Assembly (NCBI GenBank): GCA_000092065.1
Contig: CP000585.1
DNA: 64,000 nt
Strand: one strand, 5' to 3'
DNA from: Ostreococcus lucimarinus
Taxonomy: Eukaryota
In this document: positions 18,772 through 27,735 of the stretch, piece by piece
How positions within the stretch are numbered: the stretch's first letter is position 1
Layout of the letters: each line of letters opens with the position of its first letter
The notes under the pieces: model-generated
Database searches by the model: none
What the model saw: the letters and a program-made list of their open reading frames with translations, nothing else
What the model was told of the DNA's origin: nothing
Program-made: the position numbers and the translations under genes

Positions 18772-20046
18772 ATGGCGCCCGGACGGGCGAAGAAGCGCGC
18801 GACGCCGGACGAGGGCGTGAACTTCGCGCTGAAACGCCTGCGCGACGGGCGCGATGGACGCGAGGGCTCGCTCGATGAGGTGCTCGCAAAGGTGCGGGCG
18901 CTCGAGCGCGCGGTGAAGGCGAAGCGAGGCGGACGGCGGACGCTGGACGATCTCGGATTGGCGACGACGTATCGCGAGGTCGAGGACAGGGACGCGAGGG
19001 AGATCGCGGCGGCGATCGAGCAGGTGATGATCGCGGCGGCGAAGAGCATCGTGGCGGGCGACGGGTTCGAATACGTGCTGCCGAGTCGAGGGGCGACGGA
19101 TCAGGTGTACGTGGAGGCGCTCGATCGAATCGTGCTGAAGAATAAGACGACGAAAGCGAATTTTGCGGCGGTGTCGAGCGTGCGGAAGGTGACGATTCTG
19201 ACGCGGGTGATGCAGTTGGTGCACGGGGTGCTGAGTCGCGGGATTCACGTCACGAAGCGGGATTTGTTTTACACCGACGTCAAGTTGTTCAAGGATCAGA
19301 AGGATTCCGACGCGGTGTTGGACGATATTTCGTGCATGCTCGGATGCACGCGTAACTCGCTGCACGTCGTGGCGTCGGAAAAGGGCGTCGTCGTCGGACG
19401 GTTGCAATACAAGGAGGACGGCGACGAAATCGACTGCACGAAGATGGGAGTGGGCGGTAAGGCGATTCCGAGCAACATCGATAAAGTGAGGGATATGCGC
19501 ACCGACGCCAAGTTCGTACTGCTCGTCGAGAAAGATGCGGCGTTCATGCGCCTCGCCGAGGACCGATTTTACAACAAGTACCCGTGCATAATCATAACCG
19601 CCAAAGGACAACCCGACGTCGCGACGCGCTTGTTCTTGAGCAAGGTGAAGAGAGATTTGAAAATCCCGGTGTTAGCGCTGGTTGACGCCGATCCGTACGG
19701 GTTGAAAATCATCTCAGTGTACATGCAAGGTTCGAAGAACATGGCTTTCGATAGCGGAAACCTCACCACGCCCGATATCAAATGGCTCGGCGTCCGCCCG
19801 AGCGATTTGGACAAGTTCAAAATCCCCGAACAGTGTCGCCTAGAGATGACGGCAAAGGATATTGAAACGGGGCATCACATGCTCAACGAGGATTTCATTA
19901 AAAGCAACCCGGAGTGGGTGAAGGAAATCAACATCATGCTCGAAACGAAAACCAAGGCGGAAATTCAGTCGTTGAGTAGCTACGGCTTTCAATACCTGAG
20001 CGAGGTGTACTTGCCTTTGAAGCTGTTAGAAGGGGACTGGATTTAG
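18772..20046 (+). CDS. TOP6A: DNA topoisomerase VI subunit A (TOP6A/SPO11-3 type)
   Basis: From [15 protein letters not shown] onward the protein is collinear with Arabidopsis TOP6A over its whole length. Examples are [94 protein letters not shown] and [26 protein letters not shown]. The similarity to TOP6A is greater than to meiotic SPO11-1/2. The gene is divergent from MetRS, with about 180 bp between the ATGs. Confidence 0.85.
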   Translation: MAPGRAKKRATPDEGVNFALKRLRDGRDGREGSLDEVLAKVRALERAVKAKRGGRRTLDDLGLATTYREVEDRDAREIAAAIEQVMIAAAKSIVAGDGFEYVLPSRGATDQVYVEALDRIVLKNKTTKANFAAVSSVRKVTILTRVMQLVHGVLSRGIHVTKRDLFYTDVKLFKDQKDSDAVLDDISCMLGCTRNSLHVVASEKGVVVGRLQYKEDGDEIDCTKMGVGGKAIPSNIDKVRDMRTDAKFVLLVEKDAAFMRLAEDRFYNKYPCIIITAKGQPDVATRLFLSKVKRDLKIPVLALVDADPYGLKIISVYMQGSKNMAFDSGNLTTPDIKWLGVRPSDLDKFKIPEQCRLEMTAKDIETGHHMLNEDFIKSNPEWVKEINIMLETKTKAEIQSLSSYGFQYLSEVYLPLKLLEGDWI

Positions 20047-20127
20047 ACGTTTGTACAATAGAAGACGACTCGAACGTAAATTTACTCGCTAAGAATCAAT
20101 CACTTGCACGGGCTATACTACTATTTG

Positions 20128-21231
20128 CTAGAACCAATGGAGCATCTTCCTTCCATTTGTGATGCTTTTTATCTCCGACTCGTGTTGCCGCACGATTCCG
20201 TCGCAACTGACGTAAATTTTGAGCTCGTTCAGGCGCAGCAGGCGCGCGAGGTACATGTCGATCACGAGGCTCGATGGCAAATGACGTAATATCTGCATAG
20301 CGCCTTTCCAGCTCACGACGATGACGGTCGTTCTCGAAAACGTCGTGAACGCCCTGAACAATTTCACTCCTTCGTCGGCGTTCGTCGGGCGACGAACTCT
20401 CACGCGGTGCAACCATGACGACGGGGCACGCCATACAGACTCGCGACAATACTCCGGATTCGCATCCAACGATATGATGTCGTAATCATCGGGTACTGAA
20501 TTCAGCAAGGTGCCAAACTTGCGCTCGAACAACTCAAAGTCTACGTTTGCGTCGTCTTCAAAGATTACGATGGATTGTTCGCGCACGGCGCGGTCTCTAC
20601 GCTCAGCCTCCATCCCAACCCTCAACGCCGTTTGAACGTCCGGCCACGGTTCCTCGCGCTCACCGTTTTGCGCCGACACGAAATTCGCCAGAATCCCAAA
20701 CGACGCTAAGTTTCCAATGGCGCTAAACCGAATCGCGTCGCCCTGGTACAACCGATGCTTCTCGATGTCCGCCGTGACGCTCGCGTACGCCGCTCGCGGA
20801 TGCACCAGCGCGTTCGCGTACGTGCGCCACGCGTTCTCCCCATCCCGTCTCGACCAAAACGTCCGAATCTTCCTGTTCTCCTCGTAGCGAACGACGTATC
20901 CTCGCCCCTCGATCTCTCGCGCCTGCTCCGCTCGCTCGAGCTTCGTCGCGTTCGTCGCCGCGCACGCCGTCGCGTGCCTCGACCGTTCCAACATCGCGCA
21001 CAACCGCCGCGCGTTCTCCGCGCGCTCGGGAATCCACGACGACGTCAACACGCGCGCCCGCGTCGGCGTCGCGCGCGCGCCCGCGTCGTCCCGCGTCGAC
21101 GCGCCGAACCACGCGTCCGTCCTCGTCCCAACCGACCCAAACGTTCGCGCCAAAACCAACGCGCAGACGACCGCCAGCGCGCACGCGCGCGCGCACCGTC
21201 GCGGTTTACGCCGCGCGACGCTCGGCGCCAT
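20128..21231 (-). CDS. Type II membrane glycosyltransferase, family 25-like
   Basis: A signal-anchor (MAPSVARRKPRRCARACALAVVCALVLA) is followed by SIVIFEDDANVDFELFERKFGTLLNSVPDDYDIISLD, which has a DxD-type motif reminiscent of Glyco_transf_25. Confidence 0.5.
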   Translation of the reverse strand: MAPSVARRKPRRCARACALAVVCALVLARTFGSVGTRTDAWFGASTRDDAGARATPTRARVLTSSWIPERAENARRLCAMLERSRHATACAATNATKLERAEQAREIEGRGYVVRYEENRKIRTFWSRRDGENAWRTYANALVHPRAAYASVTADIEKHRLYQGDAIRFSAIGNLASFGILANFVSAQNGEREEPWPDVQTALRVGMEAERRDRAVREQSIVIFEDDANVDFELFERKFGTLLNSVPDDYDIISLDANPEYCRESVWRAPSSWLHRVRVRRPTNADEGVKLFRAFTTFSRTTVIVVSWKGAMQILRHLPSSLVIDMYLARLLRLNELKIYVSCDGIVRQHESEIKSITNGRKMLHWF

Positions 21232-21342
21232 CGCCGCGCGCTCGGACGCGCGCGCGGTCGCCGCGGCGGCGCGCTCTGCCGTTCGAATCGTTTCGAGCGC
21301 TCGTCAGACGGCCGCGCGCGACGACCCGCGCGCGCGACGCGA

Positions 21343-21624
21343 ATGTCGCCGCCGTCCGTCCCGCGCGAGCTCGTGTACGCCATCGCGCGCGCCGCGTGGG
21401 TCGCGGACGACGATCGCGAGCGCCGCGAGCGCGGCGTCGAGCGCGAGTTCGACGCGACGGCGAAGCCGGAGGCGCTGGAGGTGATGGCGACGCTCGTCGA
21501 GGCGTTCGTCGAGGAGGCGACGCATCGCGCGTGCGCGCTGGCCACGCTCGAGGGCGCGCGCGCGGTGGACGGAGAACACCTCGAACGCGTGTTGCCGCAG
21601 TTGATGCTGGATTTCGCGGGGTGA
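21343..21624 (+). CDS. CENPX: Centromere protein X (CENP-X/MHF2) histone-fold protein
   Basis: The 93-aa product is MSPPSVPRELVYAIARAAW...EALEVMATLVEAFVEEATHRACALATLEGARAVDGEHLERVLPQLMLDF. It aligns with human CENP-X (...[47 protein letters not shown]). It is the last 93 codons of track ORF 20755..21624, whose upstream part is an Arg-rich artefact. Confidence 0.6.
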   Translation: MSPPSVPRELVYAIARAAWVADDDRERRERGVEREFDATAKPEALEVMATLVEAFVEEATHRACALATLEGARAVDGEHLERVLPQLMLDFAG

Positions 21625-21831
21625 GCGCGACGGCGACGGCAGCGCGAGACGTCGCGGCGGCGGCGGCGACGGCGGCGACGATAGAGCGCGAGGATAGAAT
21701 GTAAAGAAATTAGAGGTTCACGCGCTTGAGTGCGTTAAAAGTGGTCGTCGCGCGCGCGGGGGACGAACGAGGCGGCGTCGAAACGGCGCCTCGTTCCAAC
21801 CGTCAAAGCTCCGAATCGCGGAAAACGATAA

Positions 21832-22608
21832 TCATCTCTCCGGTTCGGGATTACCGGCGACGGAGACTAAGTTGATGCAGTAGCGGTTACCGTTACGGTC
21901 TGGCAAATTATGTCCCAAGTGCGTTCCCGTCGTGCTGACGCACTCGCCGTCGCGCAAACATCGGACGTTTTCTTGCACCATCTCCGCGTCTCTGAAGCTC
22001 GGCCAACCGTGCGCTCTGGACTCCTTCTCGAATTCCGCCCACGTTCGCCCTCGAGGTGCGATGAAAAGCGGCGCGCCCGTCACTGAATCGTAATACGTCA
22101 CCTCGCCTTTATCCTTCACCTCGGAGATCCAGTTCGTGCTCCACGCGTACCCGGCGTGTTCCGCGTAGTGCCTGTTAAAGTTGCAAATTCGATCCGCGAG
22201 TTCGCGATCGCTGCCGTAGCGCAGATTCTTCATCACCGCGTGCTCGCTCGTGCCGTGCGCCTTTTGCGACATCACGCTCTCGTCGGCGACGATCGGCAGG
22301 CCCTTCAAACCTTCGGGTATCGGGGCGCCTTTGCATCCATCGGACACGCCCGGAATCTTCGCGCCGTCGAGGAACGCGCGCGTCGCGGGCGACGATCGCG
22401 ACGCGCTCGCGCCCATGATGGACGCCTTCGCGCGGAGTGGTCGCGCGATCAGGGACGCCCGCGCGGTGCGCATCGCGTCGACGAGTGGCGCGCGCGTCGC
22501 GGTCGAGCGATGACGTGTCCCGCTGGCGCGACGTCCGGACAGCTCGACGCGCGATGCGGGCGTCGACGGCGACCGCGGCGCGCGCGCGCGCGCGCGGAAA
22601 CGTCGCAC
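21832..22608 (-). CDS. MSRB: Methionine-R-sulfoxide reductase B (MsrB/SelR domain), chloroplast-targeted, Zn-less type
   Basis: GWPSF and THLGHNLPDRNGNRYCINLVSV are the MsrB catalytic motifs. The N-terminus is transit-peptide-like. The two CxxC zinc motifs are absent, and the catalytic residue is Cys, not Sec (TGA). Confidence 0.65.
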   Translation of the reverse strand: MRRFRARARAPRSPSTPASRVELSGRRASGTRHRSTATRAPLVDAMRTARASLIARPLRAKASIMGASASRSSPATRAFLDGAKIPGVSDGCKGAPIPEGLKGLPIVADESVMSQKAHGTSEHAVMKNLRYGSDRELADRICNFNRHYAEHAGYAWSTNWISEVKDKGEVTYYDSVTGAPLFIAPRGRTWAEFEKESRAHGWPSFRDAEMVQENVRCLRDGECVSTTGTHLGHNLPDRNGNRYCINLVSVAGNPEPER

Positions 22609-22679
22609 CGTCGACGCGACGCGCGGAGGCGACGCGGGCGCGCGCGGTGAGCCGACGCGAGGGTGTTTTACTCGCGACG

Positions 22680-23753
22680 ATGCTTTCGGTGAGTCTCGCG
22701 GGACGACGACGCGCGACGGCGGCGGAGGAAGACGAGGACGGCGCGACGACGACGACGACGACTGAGACGAAGAAAAGGGTCGTGATTACCGGGTCGAACT
22801 CGGGGATCGGGCTCGACGCGGCGACGAAACTCGCGGCGAGCGGGGACTGGGTCGTCGTGTTGGCGTGCCGAACGCGCGCGAAGGCGGAGGCGGCCAAGGC
22901 GAATATATTGTCTGCGACGAACGCGGACGGGGCGAACATCGAGTGCGTCGAGTGCGATTTGTCGAGTTTGGACTCGGTGCGCGCTTTCGTGCGCGAGGTG
23001 AGGAAAACGGGCGGTGTCGACGCTTTGTGTCTGAACGCCGGCGTGGAATACAGCGGCGATCCCGTGGTGCATCGAACGAGGGACGGTTTCGAGGAGACGT
23101 TCGGTGTGAACCATTTGGGGCACTTTTTGCTCGCCAACTTGTTATTGGAGGATCTCGAAAAGTCGAGCGAGGCGCATCCGCGAATCGTCGTGACGGCGAG
23201 CGAGGTGCACGACCCGGCGTCGCCGGGAGGATCGGTGGGCAGCGGCGCGCACATCGGCGACTTGCGAGGCCTCGAACGCGACGGCGCGGCGTTCGAGATG
23301 GCGGACGGTGAAGCGTTCGACGCCGATAAGGCGTACAAAGACTCTAAGTTGGCGAACATGCTCTTCATGTACGAGCTCGAGCGACGCCTGCAGGCGAGAA
23401 ACTCGAAAATCACGGTGAACGCGTTCGGTCCGGGACTCATCACGCGCACCGGCTTATTTCGCAACCAAAATCCTCTCTTCGTCAAAGTCTTCGACTTCGC
23501 CACGAACGAGATTTTCCACGTCGCAGAAACCGTTTCCGGAGGTGGGAACTGCTTAGTCTTCATGCTCACCGACCCTTCGCTCGAGGGCAGCGGGGGCGTG
23601 TACTGGAACAACGATTTGTCGCCCGGCGCGCCGCCGTCCCTCGTCGCCGCCGGACACAAATTCGCTCAAACCAACTCTTCTGTCGAATCAAACGATGCCG
23701 TCGAAGCGCAAAAGCTTTGGAAGCTCAGCGAATCGCTCGTCGGGTTGGCCTAG
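22680..23753 (+). CDS. Protochlorophyllide reductase (POR)-like short-chain dehydrogenase
   Basis: [41 protein letters not shown] resembles the POR sequence [57 protein letters not shown] resembles the POR sequence YKDSKVCNMLTMQEFHRR. The C-terminus ...[18 protein letters not shown] resembles the POR sequence EKARKVWEVSEKLVGLA. The start is set at the first ATG that does not overlap the divergent MsrB CDS. An alternative ATG at 22554 would add a longer presequence. Confidence 0.65.
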   Translation: [357 protein letters not shown]

Positions 23754-23847
23754 CGCCGCGTCGCGCTCGTTGTTATATACTCGATACGTCGCGTACGCTC
23801 GCGCTCGCGCTCTCGCACTCGCTCGCTCGTCACAACTCGTCGTCGCC

Positions 23848-24660
23848 ATGCGCACCGTCGCCCACGCGCGCGTCTCCCCGACGTCGTCGTCCCGGCCATC
23901 GACGTCGGCGTCTGCGTTGGCGCGTCGCGCCTCCTTCCGCGTCGCCGTGCGCGGCGACACCGCGCGCGACGCGTTTTTCGCGCTCGGTCCCGCTCGACCG
24001 CGCGCGCGCCGCGCGCACGCCGCGCCGCGCGCGTTCCTGTGGTGGAGCCGCGAGAAGGAGCTGCGCAAGCGATGGAAGCAGCTCGCCGACTTCGCCGCGG
24101 ACGAGATCCCGGAGAGCTCGCCGTTGGCACGCTCGAAAGGACTCATCCAGTGGGTGGGTGAATATCCGCTCACGGCGGCGTCCGCGGCGACGGCCATCGC
24201 CGGCGGCGTCAGCGCGCTGATCTCCGCCGCGGTGTTGCCCGTCGTCGTCGGCGTCGCCGTGCTCGCGCTGCCGGGCTTGCTGTTCGCGTTCGTCGGTACG
24301 GCGGCGGTGGCGTCGCTCGTCGGAGCGCTCGTGCTGCTGCTGTCGCTGCCGGCGTTGGGATTTTTGTCGGTGTTCGGAGGGACGATCGCCGCGGCGGCGA
24401 GCGCAAAGTTATTACCGATCGCGATCATCGGGTCGGGACTGTTGTTCGGCGCGAACGCGATCAAGTGGGGGATGTCGGGCGACGCTCGCGCGGAGCGCTT
24501 GAAGGCGGGCGCCGACGTCGACGACGACGCTTGGTCGCCTCGAAACGTCAACGCCGTCGACGACACGGACGAAAGCAGCAGCTCGGAAGATTACGAGGAA
24601 ACAGTTAAACGTAATTTCGACGCGCGTTTGCGCGCCTTAGACGAAAAGAAGAAGAAGTGA
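23848..24660 (+). CDS. Hypothetical multi-pass membrane protein with presequence
   Basis: The protein is MRTVAHARVSPTSSSRPSTSAS... followed by four hydrophobic Ala/Val/Gly/Leu-rich helices and an acidic C-terminal tail. It is the downstream part of track ORF 23695..24660. The track start would overlap the POR-like CDS. Confidence 0.4.
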   Translation: MRTVAHARVSPTSSSRPSTSASALARRASFRVAVRGDTARDAFFALGPARPRARRAHAAPRAFLWWSREKELRKRWKQLADFAADEIPESSPLARSKGLIQWVGEYPLTAASAATAIAGGVSALISAAVLPVVVGVAVLALPGLLFAFVGTAAVASLVGALVLLLSLPALGFLSVFGGTIAAAASAKLLPIAIIGSGLLFGANAIKWGMSGDARAERLKAGADVDDDAWSPRNVNAVDDTDESSSSEDYEETVKRNFDARLRALDEKKKK

Positions 24661-24718
24661 TGTTGTAGCCCGTGTAAAGCGTCACTCCTCGCCGCGCTCT
24701 ATCCAGTAACCACCGACG

Positions 24719-25650
24719 ATGACCGCGCTCGAAGAAATCTCCACCGACGAGCTCATGCGCGAGATTCAGCGGCGGCTGGAGTGCCAAAATAAGCCAGACA
24801 AGCGCTTGATCCTCATCGGTCCGCCGGGATGCGGCAAGGTGCGCGTTTTCGACCGTCAACTTCGACCGTCAAAACCTCAAAAAGCGCGCTTCGGGACACC
24901 CGACTGACGACGCGTCTCGACGCCGAACAGGGAACGCAATCGCCTAAGATTAAATCCGACCACTGCCTGTGCCACCTCGCGACGGGGGACATGTTACGCG
25001 CGGCGGTGGCGGCGAAAACGCCGAACGGCGTGAAGGCCAAGCAAGCCATGGAGAGCGGAGCGCTCGTGAGCGACGATATCGTGGTCGGGTGCGTGTGGAG
25101 CGTTGCGATGGCGCGTTCGAGCGCGAGTGATGATACACGAGGCCCTACGCTGTGTTCTTGTGTCCTGCGCGGTGACTGACAGAGATGCTTCACTTGTGAA
25201 TGTAGGATTATCGAGGAAGCCGTCAAGGCGCCCGAGTGCCGAAACGGTTTCATTTTGGACGGGTTCCCGAGAACGGTGCCGCAAGCGGTGAAGTTGGACG
25301 AGATGCTCTCTGCGAAAGGGGTATCGATCGATGCAGTGCTGAACTTTGAAGTGCCGGATGAGGTACTCGTAGAAAGGGTGGAGGGACGATGGATCCACCC
25401 CGCGAGCGGGCGATCGTACCACACGAAGTTTGCTCCGCCGAAGGTTGAAGGGAAGGATGATTTCACGGGAGAACCTTTAATTAAGCGTAAGGATGACAAC
25501 GCGGAGACCCTTAAGTCACGCTTGCAAGCGTTTCACACGCAAACGCAACCGGTTATCGATTACTACGCGATAGCAAAGAAGGTTACTGAAATTCACGCCA
25601 ACAAACCAGCCAGCGATGTCGAAGCGCAAATTGCAGCGGCGTTGAAGTAG
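24719..25650 (+). CDS. ADK: Adenylate kinase, three exons: join(24719..24838, 24931..25088, 25206..25650)
   Basis: Exon 1 encodes [40 protein letters not shown] (P-loop). Exon 2 encodes [53 protein letters not shown]. Exon 3 encodes [34 protein letters not shown]...[61 protein letters not shown]... The three are collinear with plant ADK1. The introns are 92 and 117 bp, phase 0 and phase 2. The donors are GTGCGC and GTGCGT. The acceptors are CAG and TAG. CTGAC branch motifs lie 25-30 nt upstream of the AG. The spliced length of 723 nt gives 240 aa. Confidence 0.8.
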
Positions 25651-25685
25651 TTGAGTGCAAATCACGGTGTAACAAAACAAAAGGA

Positions 25686-27557
25686 CTACTCTTCATATGT
25701 GTATGTACTCGCGTCAGACTTACCAAACATGAGCTCTGCCGTCGAAAGCTCGCTTTCGTCAAACTCTTCCTCGTCTTCGTCGTCCGAATCTCCAGGCGCC
25801 TCCAAGCCAAGAATGGACGAAAGCCGTTCCAACAGGGGGCGGAAAGTGCTCGCCGCCGGCGACAAGTCCGTGGCCCCAACAGAAGCTTCGGCCATTTGCT
25901 GCGAGCACATGTTTCTGATCTCGATCGCCCGAACGTCGTCGCCTTCTCTCTCCTCCATCATGGCCCACGTAAGCCACGTGCGCTCGCTGCTCGCGTCGAC
26001 GTTAACCGCACATTTGAAGAGCTGTCGCGCGAGGGAGATATTTTCTTCTCGCGATTCCAATACCCCCCATGCATGAAACAAGCGCGCGGCGTCTCGATTC
26101 TTTGGATTAACCCATACGCCTCGTTGAAACAGATTGCGCGCGCGATCGATTTCTCCCGCTCGCCACTCCGCCATCGCCCATGCGTTCCAGTTCGCCTGGT
26201 GTTGGGGATCCATCATCGTCCCTTGCTCAAAGTACTTGCGCGCCTGTTCCAGATTCCCTTGCTCTGCCTCGAGCTTTGCGAGTGCTTGAAGCAAATGCGT
26301 GTCCAAGGGATTCAATTTGCATCCCTTGGTCAGGAGCTCCTTCGCGCGGTCGCAATACCCGAGCTTGGCTTCCCACACCCCCCACGCGAGCCAAATAAAC
26401 TTGCTCTTCGGGGCAACCATCAAACCCTTTTGAAAAAGCTTGCGCGCTTGCTCTTCGTCGCCCGCTTTCGCTTCTAACATGGCCCAAGAGCGCCAGATGG
26501 CGCCAGATTTCGCTCCCGCCTCTGTGCGAACGCCTTGCCTGAAATGTTCCCTCGCCTCGGAGATACGCCCGCGCTCGAGCGCCATGACGCCGAGCGAGTG
26601 GTACAGATGGGCAGACGCATCCATCGGCGGCACCAACCGCACACCTTTGATGTACAATTCTCTGGCGCGCTGATAATTTCCCAAGTTCTTTTCCATCGAT
26701 CCCCATCCGTGCCAAGCCGCGGCGTGCGTTTTATCCGCCGCCGTCGCCGCGTCGTAATACTTTCTCGCCAGCGCAATGTTCCCAGCCTTTTCCTCGAGCA
26801 CGGCGAGAGCAACCCACAAATACGCGTTGTCTCCTCCCTTGGCGTCGCATCCAGCTTGGTAAATCGCGCGCGCATCATCCAACCGACGCATCTGCACCAG
26901 TGTCTGCCCTATTCCGCAGTACGCGCGCCCATCCGTGACGTCGTACGACATCGCCTTCTCGAACATCGCTATCGCCTCTAAGCGCTTTGCGTTCCTCTCA
27001 TCCACGGATTTCATGAAGCCCGCCTCATTTCGCAATTTCCGCGCGCGGTACAGCGCCAAGTCTTGATTGATCTTGAGCGGCTTCGCGTCTCCGCTCGTCG
27101 CCTCGACGCTCCCCAACATCTGCATCTTCGATCCCGGACTCGCGATCGTCGACGACTCCCCGCTGCGACGACTTCTTTCCAACACCGCGTTCTCGTACGT
27201 CAGCTCGGGCATGGCGCGCGATCTCGCGCCGTTCGCGCTCGTCCGCTCCGTCGTCCCCGCGCCGGCGTCCCGTCGCCTTATCTCCCGCCCATCGCCATCG
27301 TCGTCGTCGTCCAGGCTCATCGACGCGCTCGACGCGCGACACGTTGATCGTTGCGTCCTCCCGCGCCATCGTCGCGCCGTTCGCATCGCTCGCGCGTCGA
27401 CGCGCCGCGCATTTCCCATCGGGACGTCACGATGCGTCGACGTTCGCGTCGACGTCGTCGCGCGTTCCGTCGCCCCGACGCATCGCGCGCGGGCGAGCGC
27501 GCGGGCGTCGACGCTCGCGAGCATCATCGACGCGCTCGCACCGAGGGCGTGGGCCAT
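25686..27557 (-). CDS. Chloroplast HAT/TPR (RNA-TPR) repeat protein, HCF107/MBB1-like
   Basis: There are about ten tandem HAT repeats with a conserved W at fixed positions (AWHGWGSMEKNLGNYQRARELY, IWRSWAMLEAKAGDEEQARKLFQKG, IWLAWGVWEAKLGYCDRAKELLTKG, ANWNAWAMAEWRAGEIDRARNLFQRG, TWLTWAMMEEREGDDVRAIEI). A chloroplast transit-like N-terminus precedes them and an acidic C-terminus follows. Confidence 0.6.
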   Translation of the reverse strand: MAHALGASASMMLASVDARALARARCVGATERATTSTRTSTHRDVPMGNARRVDARAMRTARRWRGRTQRSTCRASSASMSLDDDDDGDGREIRRRDAGAGTTERTSANGARSRAMPELTYENAVLERSRRSGESSTIASPGSKMQMLGSVEATSGDAKPLKINQDLALYRARKLRNEAGFMKSVDERNAKRLEAIAMFEKAMSYDVTDGRAYCGIGQTLVQMRRLDDARAIYQAGCDAKGGDNAYLWVALAVLEEKAGNIALARKYYDAATAADKTHAAAWHGWGSMEKNLGNYQRARELYIKGVRLVPPMDASAHLYHSLGVMALERGRISEAREHFRQGVRTEAGAKSGAIWRSWAMLEAKAGDEEQARKLFQKGLMVAPKSKFIWLAWGVWEAKLGYCDRAKELLTKGCKLNPLDTHLLQALAKLEAEQGNLEQARKYFEQGTMMDPQHQANWNAWAMAEWRAGEIDRARNLFQRGVWVNPKNRDAARLFHAWGVLESREENISLARQLFKCAVNVDASSERTWLTWAMMEEREGDDVRAIEIRNMCSQQMAEASVGATDLSPAASTFRPLLERLSSILGLEAPGDSDDEDEEEFDESELSTAELMFGKSDASTYTYEE

Positions 27558-27735
27558 CGCGCGTGCGAACGCGCGCGCGTGTGCGGATACGATGATTGGA
27601 ATGCGGCGACTCCAGCGCTGGACGCCGGGCTCGCGGCGAAAGACCCGAACCGAGCGACGGCGAGTCGAGCCAAACGCGCGCGCGGGGTCTACGAGCTAGA
27701 GCTGATTCACTAAATAACTAACGAAGTTGCGCGCG

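Noticed and set aside
20096-20449. The 117-aa ORF 20096..20449 (-) and similar short ORFs overlapping the 3' ends of genes.
   Set aside because: It is in a different frame from, and overlaps, the GT25-like CDS (20128..21231). It has no homology. It is most likely a shadow ORF.
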